DNA of 63,142 nucleotides, filler included, from Sphacelaria rigidula (taxonomy: Eukaryota): NCBI GenBank assembly GCA_964200075.2. It is 10 parts of 10 records of this genome, joined end to end, with 100 filler letters (N's around TTAATTAATTAA, not from the genome) between each part and the next. Parts side by side here need not be neighbours in the genome. Positions count along the whole stretch, not along the records: positions 31,623 to 37,846 come from CAXNAA020021393.1; positions 37,947 to 44,170 come from CAXNAA020021394.1; positions 44,271 to 50,494 come from CAXNAA020021395.1; 7 more parts are not named here. One strand, given 5' to 3'. The notes beneath the pieces were generated by a model. The model saw only the letters and a program-made list of their open reading frames with translations. It did not search any database and had not been told where the DNA came from. Both the position numbers and the translations under genes were made by a program. Shown here one piece after another: positions 35,201 to 48,523 of this stretch (position 1 is the stretch's first letter; each line of letters begins with the position of its first letter).

Positions 35201-37145
35201 GATACGTGCATGCTGCCGGGTAATTTTGCCTCTGCGTGGGGGGTTTCACTCTGTCGCTGAAGCGCTCTTTTTCATTGAAATGTTGTGCTTGCAACGATCG
35301 AGGGCTGCGAACTGTTTTCGTTGCGTGGGCGTAACGTAAGGAGCCCTGGTACGTAATTGCTCTTTGGACAAAAGTAGTATTACGATGGGTCATGGTTCTG
35401 TCCTCGTATGTTGGTGTTTTTCGATATGGTGAGCAAGTCGTTGTCGCGATACTCAATGATAAGCGGGGGTACCATATAACTCCTTATCTCAAGACGAGAG
35501 CGAGTCGCACAGCGTTCATCTTGGATCGGTTGCTTCACGAGTTGTAGCTGCCATCTTCCATTTCCTTTTATTTTTCGTCCTCCTCGAGAGACAAGTAAAC
35601 TATGCAGTATACACGCCACACCTTTCTTCACAACCGACAAGAGAATTGATCCTTCGACGAAAGACGACCATTGTATAAATGCCAGCCCTGTTCACTAGGC
35701 TAAACTCAAGATCCCGAGAATATCCATCAGGATTTGGCAGCTCGCGTGCAAGTAAGCACACTGTCGTCCACTGACATACGATTGTTTTACTGCCGCGTCC
35801 GATCGGTCAGACTGGTCCATCTACGGTCAGCTTGAGCAAATTTCGTGAGTTTCAATCTCGAGTGTAATGGTATTATCATCACCTTCCATTGTCGGGAAGT
35901 GTGAGGCCGTGAGTGCCACCAACAAAAAAATAGAAATTCGATGATACTCAACAGCGTGAGGGAGTTTTGGTCCTATGCTCGCCAGTACATTGTCAGGTGA
36001 GTACCAGGCGGGGCATGGGTAAATACCCCGAGACTAGGGGCTCATCCTGCAAAGGAGGGGAAAGGGGGTGGATGGGGGATCAGACTGTGTAACAAAACAA
36101 CATTGAGCGCAAAACAACAGTGTGGGTTACAAATAGCGAGGACTATCTGCGTGCAAGCGCTCGCGCTTGTTTCTTCTATGAAGTACGGCAGAGGATCGTA
36201 CACACATGCACAGACAGAAGGGTTACGTGGCACGTAATGTCCTCACCGACCAACGACAAAACTCGGGGAATTTTGCTTGCTGAGATTCCTTGGTCCGGCA
36301 TTTACGTCCAACAGCGCTAAACAGTGCTCCAAAGGGCCGTGTATGACGCCATTCGTTGACCAAATGACTATCAGCCGATCGGAAATTTCCGGATGGTTTT
36401 CGAGTGTTGCTTTGTCAGCGGTGCACGAATATTTTCTGAGGTTCGGATTGTTTGGAAGCCCTGTATCTAATCCGAAACACGACCAATGCGATACGTGAGA
36501 AAACACCGCGATCAGCATTCCGATGGGCTCAGGATGCCCCGATTGAACTGGAAAGCGGGAATTTTCTGACCATTATTCTTGTGCAGCTCCCTAATTTTAG
36601 GAGCCCCTGAATGAGAACGATCTTAGGCCAACTGTGCGAACCCTACCATACCATGACTCTTTCGGCCAAATCAGAAAACTGCGTACCATTTTATTACCCT
36701 TCTTCTGTCTGAAAGTCAATAGATACACTGCCAGGATATATTTTTCACGAACGTTGTTTGTCGTTATCGTTTATAGTCGTACAACGAAAACAAGTGCGCA
36801 GTTTTGTTTTGTTTAGCACTGATAAAAATAAAATGAAACGGGATCTGCTACGCGCTACGGCAGGGTGAATGATGGAAGGATGTCTTGAGACAAGGAGGGA
36901 AAATTCCTAAAAGAAGAAGAACATCAACAACAACAACAACAACAACAACAACAAAAACAACAACAGTAACGAACAGCGAGTAATAACAATATACCTACCA
37001 CGCCGATGCCCAAAGGCTGGACGAAAATGGCCAACGCGACGCCCCACGCAACCCCCACTAGAAGCCCCGAGAAGGCTTGTTTCGTGATGGGCGTCTCGTT
37101 CACCAGGTTGTCGGTGCGGGCATCGTAGGTGAAGGCCGGGAACAC
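32279..37145 (-). CDS. DEK1: DEK1-like multi-pass membrane (TML) calpain, internal exons 37145-36999, 35037-34870, 33951-33799, 32437-32279
   Basis: Four phase-0 exons (147, 168, 153, 159 nt). Spliced peptide VFPAFTYDARTDNLVNETPITKQAFSGLLVGVAWGVALAIFVQPLGIGV|GISCVFMM...AAQFLDSSLVFEA matches the pattern I recall for the last TM segments of plant DEK1 (PVYVYDAHAD..N...WGV...P...G..VS...AVRFL). One GC donor. The calpain domain is not on this contig. Confidence 0.75.
32573..32939 (+). mobile_element. tRNA-derived SINE, apparently full length
   Basis: A-box TGGCTCAGTTGG (32587-32598), B-box GGTTCAATTC (32633-32642). 3' part homologous to 39425-39558, which ends in (CA)n. Confidence 0.75.
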
Positions 37146-37607
37146 CTTGTGTTGATCGTGGGGGTTGGTTCAAAGCGAGGGGGTGTCGATGAGGGGGTGA
37201 GTGGAGTACGTCCAGGGTATTTATGTGTGTGCGTACGGAACGCCCGATAATTGTTGTCATTGACGAAGATGAAATGATGGTACGCCGAATGATTAGAATA
37301 TATTTGGGTGGACATCGCTTGACTTGATTGGTCGCCGCACTGTAGGTCATCCGCCAGGAATCCGGCCGTGGTTACACAAGATAAAAGTACCTGAGGCAAC
37401 AACAGCGGGACACCCTCGCTGAAGGAAATTCGAGACGAAGGGAATATGAAAAGACGAAAATGATGCAAAACAAAAGAAGAAATGTGGGCGCGAAAAAAAG
37501 GACGTACCGTAGAAAAGGAAAGGAAATGTAAGGAAAGAGCGAAGCAACGAAATCTCCGACTTATTATTCCGCTTTCTTGATTTTACCTGATTTTCTTATA
37601 CTTTTAA

Positions 37608-37705
37608 CCCTTAGACCACGAGATTAGTCTTTCTGGATCATGCATCTTTTTTTTCACTTGAAATTGATGCCGATTCAACAGAAGACTACCCTCGCGGTGT
37701 AAGGG
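37608..37705. mobile_element. 98-bp piggyBac-like MITE (family P)
   Basis: TTAA-CCCTTAGACCACGAG ... CTCGCGGTGTAAGGG-TTAA. Confidence 0.85.
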
Positions 37706-38409
37706 TTAAGCCCCCTCCCCGCCCCCCCCGTTAGACACCCATGAGGCACTGTATAAAACGTGGCTGTCTCTGGAAGTGGCGATACCACAGAATAAAGCAA
37801 GTCGTTGTAGACTGTCATCCAAATGCAATATAATCAAAGGGCTTCGNNNNNNNNNNNNNNNNNNNNNNNNNNNNNNNNNNNNNNNNNNNNTTAATTAATT
37901 AANNNNNNNNNNNNNNNNNNNNNNNNNNNNNNNNNNNNNNNNNNNNCCGTCCCGGCTTTGTAGGGATGCGGGGTCCATAGTCTTATGACTATGGCATCCA
38001 TGATCATGAATACACCCCCCCCCTACGAACGTAATAAGGTTCAACCTTCAACTCCTCATTGTATGTCGCTGAACTATTTGTCTTGGTTGTTCCAGAAGGT
38101 ACTGTACTTTCTGCTTAAAGGGTTGACCCAAGGCACCAAGGAAGCTGGTGGCAGTTTGCCTCAGGAGCCACCTCCCAATCGTAATAAGTCGGTATCCAGG
38201 GATGAGAAGGAAGCAGCTCCTGGGCGTTGTCTGGGCTGTGAGAAATTCATGTCTTGTCAAAAAGAAGTTGGCAAGGAAGAGTGGGGGTACGGCTCCGGGT
38301 GAAATGTTTAGAAGGTGTCCATTCCCTTCATGTACTCTTCATATAGCGGTCTTGTAACAGGTGCCCCTGCTGTGCTAAGTATAGCTAATCCATACTACGT
38401 TTTAATCAG

Positions 38410-39157
38410 GTAATGGTGATCAGCAAGGGAGAGACGGAATGCTACGAGTGCAAGACGAAGCACACTCCTAAGGTGCACCCTATCTGCACCATTCGCAGGC
38501 AAGTACCGTACTGTACGGAAGTCGTTTTTTTATTTTCAGCCCCCTCCCCCCCCCTCCCCCCGCGCGCTCCGTCTCGGAAGGGATGCGTGGTCAATGGTCA
38601 AACGACTAGGGCAAGCAACAAATGAGTACGCTCCCCCCTCACGCGCCCTTCCTCGCGACGGGTCGGCAGTCTCAGGGCATCGACCCGTCTCTCTCTCTCC
38701 TGGTACATGCCTTGCATTTTGGTTTCGCGGACTGGATCATGGCTATCAGCACGCCCGTACCCGTCTACTCTCGACAAAGTTTGGAACATGGTATTCGGAT
38801 CTTTACAGGACTCACAGTCCCAGGCCCTCATCCAACGTGCTTCCTGCGCGAGCAGCACGCGATTTTGGTTAAATCGGCGTATGTCTGGAGGCATCGATTT
38901 GAGCTCTGCCAACGCACATGTTGCGCAGGATGCTGTACGCAACCCGTTGCCCGAGGGTTCAGCTCTGCGTTGGGTTGAATTTAGGAGCACGGTTATGGTG
39001 AAACGAATAATTCGTCGACCATTGCTAATTTTCTCCGAACTGAGATAAGCTCGCGTCTCCTCACAACTCGCTTATTTTTCCTGCATACAATAATTTCTCA
39101 GTTTTTTTCCAGTCCTTTCAGTTTGGCGTTTCCTGTACTTGTCTGTTTTAACGACAA

Positions 39158-39221
<64 letters not shown>

Positions 39222-39503
39222 TCCGCACATTAGTCCGATCTCGCGAACCCGTGGTCACAGACGCAATAAAACGATGTTTTTTTGTCATGTTATTTTATGG
39301 TCTGTTCTGGTTCATTTTTTTCTGACATCACCAACCCTAAACCTAACCCTATCCGTTGCGATAAAAATTATGACGGGCACCTCAAATGGAACGTAAAGAA
39401 TGAATAAAACACTCCTGCGTAAAGTTCCTCGTGTGTGACCCTGACCGGTGTGTGCCCAAACATACCAAAATGTGTTGGCGTCCAGAGTAAATGGGATAAA
39501 AAT

Positions 39504-39560
<57 letters not shown>

Positions 39561-42500
39561 AACACGCGCACATCGTCGAAGCCGGATTGTTCACTGCACC
39601 GTGTGTGTTCCCTGTATCAAAGTTAGTATCATCTGCCTTGTTTTCTCCTTTTAGTTGTCTTCGTCATTTTTGTTCGTCGTGTTCGTATCATTAACATGGT
39701 GACTTTTCATTTCTTGTTTTATGCAGCACGCCATCCAAACCGGTGCATTGCATCGTATGGGCAAAACAGCTATTCACCCTCATGTTCGGCAAGGCGGAGG
39801 AATCTATGTTGTACGAAGATCCTGTCGCTGGACCGTCGGCGTTTATGGACCAGGTACTCGTACGACGCTTGACTTGTACATTTTTTCTTTTTTTCTTTTT
39901 TGCCTATTATGGTGCTCTCATACCATGATTCGATTTTCTCGTCTGTGGATGCCCACGAACGATTTCCATTTCACCCCGTGTTTGAAGAACAGTGGTGAAT
40001 GTACTTCCCCCACAGTAGACCGACTATCAGTGGGGTTTGTGTCAGGGTCCTGGTTCTGCAGTCTTAACTTTATGGGCGTAGCATGTAACAGGTACGGATT
40101 ACTTGCCGTAGCGGGTAGAGTCTAGCTGTTGGGGGCCACGTCCGCTAAAAGAGCAGGTTGTCTGGTTTCATAGGAGCCAACACTAGGGCTTCCTTGGCGG
40201 TATTTGTTGTAATGGTTCTGATTTGGTTACTGTTGCTCTTCCTAGTTCTCTCCCTATCGTGGTCCCTCCCCGCCTCTATGGAGCTTCCTCTACACGTGGG
40301 ATCCGTTTTTTGTTGTTTATACCTTGGTTAGGTACGTCTATCTTCCATTAAGCACGGCTGTATCGTAGGTATGAGTTTCAAAAATTCCTGATTGCGCGGG
40401 TACGGTAGGTACTGGTATCTCGAAATACCGTGGTATCTTGAGTATCGTAGGTATGACATTTGAAAATACCCGATGGGGTCGGTATCGGTAGAATATGACA
40501 TGTCCCAAATAGCAGTACCGAATACCTGCCTTACCATCTATACCGACTTCAAAACTTCCATCCGGCAGTGCAGAGAAGCGTTCAGCACTTTTTTTCGATC
40601 GAAAGAATGGGGGAGTGGAATTGATTCGAGCGAAAATCGTTCATTTTTGTCGAGTTGGATCCAAGCGAATTTCAAGCTTACGATCGAGAAAAGAAACTGA
40701 AATTTTTGAAACGGTACATGATCACTCGTGTACAGTACAGACAGTCTTAACTGTTTGCACTGCTTGCAAGCAGTGTGTCTTGAGTGCGTGTGTGCGTGTT
40801 TCGTACAGTAGAGTTTTGTAGAGAGGCAGGCAACGTACAGTGCAGACAGCCCAGGACTATCAGTTCTCTATGCTTACAATGCGACGTGAAAAGGACTTCA
40901 ACAACGTGCAGCTTTGTACTGCCTGCACTGTCTCTGAGAGTGTACGCAACTCGGTTGTCCGAGGTTTCGCCAACAAAAAATGAATAAAGCACACCCAACT
41001 ACTGCAGTGCATCTATCCCTATGCTCAACTCGTACTCGATGCTGCAGGGTTGCGGTGGTAGCTGAGAATGAGTTGGATGGAGTTTCCATGGTTCTGTGAA
41101 CGGGTGTTATCTGGCATAGTGGTCTGTGAGATAGGAGTCAAGTGCCGCTTCGTGCCTTTCGACCACATGTTTCCGATCGGAAAAGCTTCGCTTCATTGTT
41201 TTGTGGTTTTACTCCGGGCGCCACTAGTTATAAGTTTGAGTTGAAGCCTTCTACGAGCAGAAATGCGGTTGGCCTATCAGATCGAGATGAAAAAACCGGC
41301 CGCGCTTCAGACTACATAAAAAAGGTTTCACTCGAACTGATCCAAACACGAAAATCAGGGGAAATTTGGGTATATATTACTTGTGAAAACAAGATGTGCC
41401 TGCTCCTACAGTTGGGACCAGCTGCTGCACCGTGTAGAGTGCATCACATCCGGTATTTGCCGGGGGTATTCCCCCGGTATTTACCGGGGTATCCCATACC
41501 GTGGTATGCGTGGGTATCGTACGTGAGAGTTTTGAAAATACTCGATTGAGCGGTTATGGTAGGTGTTGAAATATCGAAATACCGTGGTATCGTAGGTATG
41601 GGTTTTGAAAATTCCTGATTGAGCGGGTATGACAGGTATTGACATATCGAAATACCGTGGTATCGTAGGTATCGTAGGTATGACATTTGAAAATTCCGGT
41701 TTGGGCGGGTATGACAGGTATTGACATATCGAAATACCGTGGTATCGTGGATATCGCAGGTATGACATCTGAAAGCACCCGATTGGACCGGTATCGATAG
41801 GGTATGATATGTCCCAAATACCGGTACCGGGTACCTACCTTACCTACGGTGCCTGTGCAAATTAGAAACTATGCGAGAATGATCTTGTCGGAAAATTGTA
41901 AAAACAAAACAAGAGGTGATTGTGTTGTGTTGTGTGTGCGGGCAGGTGTTGGCGCGACCAGCTGAAGGTGCGTCCGGGGAAGCTTTGGCCGCGTACGCCG
42001 TGGAGGTGCTGAAGGGACTGTACACGACAGAGATCAACAAGCAGCTCGGGATGGACAGGCGAGTGTTTTCGCTTCTTGACTTGATGAAACCTCGTGTGTG
42101 CGGTGTGCATTTGTCAACTCCTTTAGCCTAAAACTACATCGCGAAGATTAACTAGGTTGAACTGCGGGTCCTGGTCAGTGTCCTATGACCACAGTATCCG
42201 ATTCCACAGTATCTGATGACCGCAGTGTCCGATGACCGCCGTGTCCGATGACCACAGCATCCGATGACCACAGTATCTGATGACCGCAGTGTCCAATGAC
42301 CGCAGTGTCCGATGACCACAGTATCCGATGACCATAGTGTCCGACAACGAAAGTCATGCGAAATGTGAAGAAAAAAAAACATGTTTGAAGACGCAAACGG
42401 TAGGGACGCCTGGCCTCTGAAATCCGGGCAAGTCAGCACATGTTGAGGCTAGCTCACGAGGGCCCCAACGATCTAGCGAGCGTTCTTCGGACAAAAAAGG

Positions 42501-43027
42501 CTCCCTTTTTTGCGTGCTGATGCCCTCGTGCTTTAGAGAGCATTGTTTCCTGCAAGGTTGGTGTGTGTATATTGTCGTACCGTACTTGTGAAGTATAAAG
42601 CCCTACTTTTGATATTTATTATACTGCGCGCTGTACCGCCCGTGGTGCTATCTCTTGAAGTACTGATGAAGAAATTCCACCGAAACGATCACCATGTATC
42701 AGACTTGATACCTTTTTTCAATTCCACTTTTTTTTTGTTACCTGTCTTGACTATGAAGATATTCAAAGGTAGTCCGTCATATTGACTCCAAATGACCGCG
42801 ACTGGTCCAACAGTGAAGTTGCCGAAGTGTCGCAAAGGGCCTTATATTTTCCTTTGTGTTCAAGCGCTGTTTCTATTATCAATATGTACACTATGCCTCG
42901 TGAATTGTTTCGCCCTCGTTGATTTTCGGGCGCGCTTTTGTTCGAAAATTGATCGAAAATTTAGGTACAAGGGCGCGGAGCGGACACCCGTGCCTCTCGA
43001 TGAGGTCCTGCTGGAAAAAGAGTCCAG
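38410..43027 (+). CDS. UBA2: SUMO-activating enzyme subunit 2, internal exons 38410-38498, 39727-39853, 41946-42058, 42965-43027
   Basis: Spliced peptide [51 protein letters not shown]...: TECYEC zinc motif, catalytic Cys in PICTIRSTP, and HCIVWAK. Exon phases are consistent; two GC donors. Confidence 0.92.
39158..39265 (-). mobile_element. Retroposon 3' end with (TAA)n tail
   Basis: Minus strand tgtgaccacgggttcgcgagatcggactaatgtgcggaaataataa...; homolog at 46273-46325. Confidence 0.65.
39425..39558 (+). mobile_element. SINE 3' end with (CA)n tail
   Basis: Homologous to 32843-32939. Confidence 0.65.
41435..41846. repeat. Dispersed element with internal ~75-80-bp tandem units; shorter copy at 40328-40537
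   Basis: Unit gaaataccgtggtatcgtaggtatg...ttgaaa...gcgggtatgacaggtattgacatatc repeated; both copies lie in one UBA2 intron. Confidence 0.75.
42175..42345. repeat. 16-bp minisatellite, ~10 copies
   Basis: cagt(g/a)tccgatgacc(a/g) repeated. Confidence 0.9.
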
Positions 43028-44065
43028 GTGAGGCCGTGCGGATCTTGGCGTGGAAGATATGGCATGCTGTGCCTGCAAGGTGTCCTTGTTGCACCGCATC
43101 GCCGTACGCATATGTTATCCGGTACTGCGATGAGTGTTCCACCTCCTGGTGTAACAGTGTGGTTTTATGTGCATACTACACGCGCCGTGTAGTTGGTGAG
43201 CAGAGAGGAAGCAGCAATAGAGGTGGAGGAGACGACGTGCGGGGAAGAGGTTTTGGTTGGTGAACTTGGATGATTGTTCGATAGCTCGATTGTCTCATAT
43301 TATCTGATATACTGCGGGTCATGATCCAGCCGTGGCCACGACGGACAGACGTGGAATAGCACCCCCCCCCCCCAGATACATAATCGGAGCACTCACTAAC
43401 GACAAGTCTCATAGAGAAAACAAAGACACACGAACAGTAAAAAAGACCGGAGGAAGAGGAACAACCAAGAAACAATGATGGGAGATATATTGTCCCGCAT
43501 GATGACGTTGTGAACCCGCAGTGTGCATTAGTATCCCGCATTCGCAGAACACTTTCCCCGGGAAAATGAAGATGCCTATGATGTTCCCTTGCACGACAAG
43601 GAGTAGATAGGAGAGTAGTAAAATTAACCAGTGTACAAATGGTAGTCTTGTTGGGGAGGGGTTGCATGAAGTTTCGTCACTCTACGGCTCGTGTAAGGTC
43701 GTGATTGTGGTAGTATGATGGTGAATACATGCGGTTGTTGTGAGAAGTTGGAGGTGGAAAGAAGAGCAACATTAATACAGAATTGACAGCATGAATTTTG
43801 ATTTTTCCATTCAATATTCTTGATAGGGTCGTATTAAAGAGAGGAACGGGAAAAATGCCACCAGAGCGACTTGAAGCTTTGTCCGCGCCCCCCCTCTCGC
43901 TTCAACGGTGCGTCATTGCCCTGTGTCACGGCACTTTTCTTCGCCGGAAGTGTGGGGTTATTCAATAGTCGCGGGGCCCAGGAAATAGGTTAAACCGAGC
44001 GAAATTGATTTGGCACAACACACCGGCGATCTCATTTGATCTAGCTTCATTCAACAACATTTGTA

Positions 44066-44170
44066 CAGGCTGGTTCACGGTGATCACCCAAAAAACACTC
44101 ATCGGCAAAACCTCACGCCGTTTTAAGGAGTTAAACCGTGAAATTTTGCACAAATGTTCTACGGGTAATT
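44066..44170 (+). mobile_element. Left end of family F
   Basis: TA-CAGGCTGGTTCACGG...; cut by the contig end. Confidence 0.75.
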
Positions 44171-44542
44171 NNNNNNNNNNNNNNNNNNNNNNNNNNNNNN
44201 NNNNNNNNNNNNNNTTAATTAATTAANNNNNNNNNNNNNNNNNNNNNNNNNNNNNNNNNNNNNNNNNNNNGGTGCACGCGTGACGCAGTTCTAGGTAGCA
44301 ATGGCGGTACGTCCACCTGTGTTCATACGTACGATGACCCGTCCCCCCCCCCCCCCCCCCAACTGCAACGCACAAGCCGGAGACTTATTGCTCCACCGGC
44401 CAAGATAGCATAGCCACCGACGCTGGATGGGCATCTGGATACCCCCAAGGTTATGTTGGGTATTATATATTCTGTGCTTGGGTTGAGTATTGCGATTAGG
44501 TCGCTCCTCATGGCAGACTAATCACTGAATTTTTTCCGGACT

Positions 44543-44602
44543 TGACCGGTCTCCGACAAAAATGACCGGTCTCCGACAAAAATGACCGGTCTCCGACAAA
44601 AA
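44543..44602. repeat. Exact 20-bp tandem repeat, 3 copies
   Basis: tgaccggtctccgacaaaaa x3. Confidence 0.9.
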
Positions 44603-45839
44603 TTCAAGTTTGGTCACCAAAAAGACTGCAGCCAACGGAAAAACGCACAGGTGTGCTGGAACCGTTTCAACGCGTACACCAAGGCATTCCAAGGTGTCAA
44701 AATTGGCCGAGCTCTCATTTGGGGCTTAAAATGGCGTAAAAGGCCCAAATAGGCAACCCTTTGTACTCGGCTTTCAAATTTGTGCATTAATAAAAGGAAA
44801 CGATGCGACCTCTCTCCGACTGCTCACAGCGCAAAGTACGCGTTCCGGGTATACCACGTTCAACACTCGTACTGCCTGCAATCGAACAGTAGGATGGCTG
44901 GATGTTCAGGCCGCCATTCTGCACGCCCGCTACTACGTCTGCTTACCACTCTCTCACCGTGTTGAATGAAAATCGCTCCGATGTTCGGTATCAGCTACAC
45001 AGTCGTCCCGAGCCCTGAACATTCTGTTTCTGTTCGGTACTCGTCAGTACACATGAAACATGATTCATGTGTGATTCAATTTAATTCAATGATGCGACTG
45101 GAAATTCTTTCGCTCTCACAAAACACATATTCCCTTGATAGTGAATATTTCGCTCATCCACATTTCCAATATTGTCTGCAAAAAAGGAGCGACCTTACAC
45201 TCAACAATACCTGGATACTGGGTAGAGCAATGCGATCGTGAAAGACTTTCCCAAATATTTTGGGCAAAGTTTGAAGATAGGACCATCGAAACACCAAATT
45301 CAGTAGAGTAGATGAGATACCCGGGTATTTACCCAACCCAGCACACCTTGCAACACCTGCATACGCGTGATGAGCAGTGAACACCTGGACCGCGAGGTTT
45401 AGGTCATCTGGCTCATGCATTATGTTCTCCCGAGTGAAATTGATGCCGATTCAACAGATGGCCTATGCTGGCGTTCAAAGGGGTTAAAGTTTTCACGTGA
45501 TCGACCACGACATCAACACGTACGTTCAACACGTACGTTCAACACGCCCGTACAGAAAGGAAAATTGCAGCACATACATACAAAAAAATAAGAACGACAC
45601 ATAGTTCATACTTCCACAGATAGAAGCCGAAAAAACCCGACATTTTATTTTTCGACTCTGACAAAACGAACGAATGAGAAAACGGTGGCTTTCGCACTTC
45701 TTGTTTTTAAAACAAGGGTACGGAGATAGATGATAGGCAGAATATATATATAAATATATGTATATGTCATCACTTTCAGTAGTAGGTAGCACTGTTGATA
45801 ACCGCTTCGTACCGACGGCAACATACACAGACAACGTAC

Positions 45840-48480
45840 CGCGTCAACGCTGCGGCGTGCGACTCCGCCGCAAGGGAGAGCGCGGACGCCGTCTCTCGCT
45901 TAACCCGCTCGTTCGCCTCCGCCGTCAACGCGCTCCTGAGAAAACATTGCAACCAAAACACAACACTAGTGATGATCATCGAATAGCATTAACCTTCTAC
46001 GGTTCGGACGAATAACCAAATCCACGATTTCTCAGGCCTGATTGATCGAAAGAGAGACAAGAGTCGACCGCTGGTCAAACAGATCTCCGCGCAACTCTTG
46101 CGCCGTTCCACGTGCCTGGGCTGCGCGTACACGGGTTGCAACGCTGAAAACAACGCCTAGGGATTGATTCGTTCCGTACGGATCAGTAACGCTAGAATCA
46201 AGGAATTTTCAGACGAATCATTCATTCGTCCGACCCTTGTAACCTTCCCTCACGTGTTTCTAATACTCATCACTATTATTGATTCCGCACGTGAGTCCGA
46301 TCTCTCGAACCTGTGGTCACAAACGTAGGCTCGTCTTTCCAATACCGTCCCTGCTATTCCTTACTAGGCATGAGAGTCCTCATCCTTTTTTTATGGGACT
46401 CCAGCCTAATTACAAGAACAAACGCGATTCTACCAAAATATTACCAAAATGAAAATAAGACGAGAGACGCCAAGAAAAACATAAAAAGCACTCGTAGCCT
46501 CCCCGAGTTCAACGGGGTGAAGAGTGAAGAAAAAATACCAGATCTACCAAGAAAAGCACACAGACAGAGAAAGGGAAACAAAAGAAACGACAAAAAAAAA
46601 AATAATGATGATACAAGGGGATTCGCATGGACACCGAGCGAGGGCCCACTCAAAAACAACCCCAGGGATCCTCATGGACAACCACCACAGCTGTCTGGGA
46701 AGACCGCTATGAGCGCTGAAAGATCGGCATTCAAAAACACAGCGTCATGAACTCTCATATGACGTAACACGAGCAACGTCCACGCTCGGTAAATACGGTC
46801 TCATACGACGCACTCTTCGATAGCCCTCCTCCCCAAAAGTGGCTGGTTTTGGGGACGCAAAATCTACACGTGAACCGAAATGAAAAAAGCCGAGCACAAC
46901 GAGCAGCTGGGAATCCCCACGCTTGGGTTCGTTTTCGCCAGTGTGGCTCACATGAGGCGCTTCATGCAACCTCAAATCAAACATCAGGCGTTGTACGACC
47001 ATTTGCTTCGTGCCAGTCTTGCGCTGTTTTTTTTGTGGGGGGAGGGGGACGGGGGGGAGGGGCTATTGTAGCAAAACCCATACAATGAAACAGCGTTTAT
47101 CGGCACGAAGAGCGAGCAATGCATCCACGTGTAGAAGATCACACCCTGGACAATGGATTCTATCGTAAGAAAAAAGTACTGCGTACAGTATGGAATATAT
47201 TGTCTATTGCAATAGGCGCAATAGTCGATACTGTACGAAGTACACTTCTTGACTGTGTATTCTTTTGTCCAGGGTGTGTAGAAGATTGAAATGACGAGTC
47301 TAGAGATACAGCTCCGAATATATAACAGGTTACTCATGATCTTGCATGCCATAGTCATGAGACCACTGACCTCGCATCCCTACAAAGCCAGGACGGCGCA
47401 CGCTGGTTTTTCCCCGGACCGGGCTGGAACATATGCTGAAACACATGATGGGGGGGGGGGTTCGTCGTACTTTGTTAACCCCGCCCCCGTCTCAAGCTAT
47501 CCAATTGCCCCTGCCCCGGTGCATACATGCATACCTGACATTTCGGTGTCCCAGATTGGATCATCAACATTTTAGTAGCACTTCAACGCCGCGTCGATTG
47601 GTTGGAAACAAAAAAAAACTGACTGGTTGGTGAAAAAGAAGGTCCCACCGACGGAGTTCAGATACTCCTGATGGAAAAAAAACAAAACAATAACATGCGT
47701 GAAAAACTTGGGATTTACTGCTTTGCTGCAGCTTCGTCCCCAACTAGCTCCGAGATACACCAGCTCGACCACTATTAATAGTGGGGGTAGATGCGTGCAG
47801 CAGCGAAACGATGTACAAAGATATCGAGCTTGTAACGCCAGTTTTCAGAGCTACATAGCTGGAGGGTCAACTGAACAAGACGAGGAACGTTCCCGTCCAA
47901 CATGACATACGATTCATGACTTCCTACCTGAGCTCCGCCAACGCAGCTTCCTTCTCCGCCTTCAGCTCGGCAGTCTGCGCCTCCAGCTTGCTCTGACAAA
48001 AAAAACATGAATGTACGGATACAGCAAAAATAAAAAGAAGCAAATGTTGACGACGGTCGAGCAAAAAAGACAAGAAAAAACAAAACAAAATCGTGGACGA
48101 ACGGCAATGATGGATGCATGCATGCGCGTGGTTGTTCGGAGACAGGGGTACACTAGTTTCCGGTTCAACCCAGCTCCCTCCACCGATCCTCAGTTGCATA
48201 GAACGCGGGCCATCCTCTCGGGCATTTCCATTCAATCCTTGATTCCTCGCGCGGTAGTTCTGTTGTTGTGTCAGCAGTGTCATCGATCCGCAAGTTCTGA
48301 TTCGATTGCGACATGACTACACGAAAGCGAACTAACATTTTCCTGGCACACTGCCAAAGTCTGCTGGAACCGTCCCAACGACAGACTTGGTCGGTCTTCG
48401 AGAAAATCTGTGAGAAAAAATGAGCGATCTCGAGGAAAAATCAAAAGTTGGCAAAAAAACAAACTATTTTCAATGTGAAG

Positions 48481-48523
<43 letters not shown>

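Noticed and set aside
37230..37420. Additional upstream exon of the DEK1-like gene
   Set aside because: No frame gave both a phase-compatible donor and DEK1-like sequence.
42175..42345. Short regularly spaced repeats and repetitive ORFs
   Set aside because: Plain 16-bp minisatellite in a UBA2 intron; the period is not a multiple of 3.
43195..43260. Fifth UBA2 exon
   Set aside because: An open frame exists, but the splice sites are weak and there is no conserved motif.
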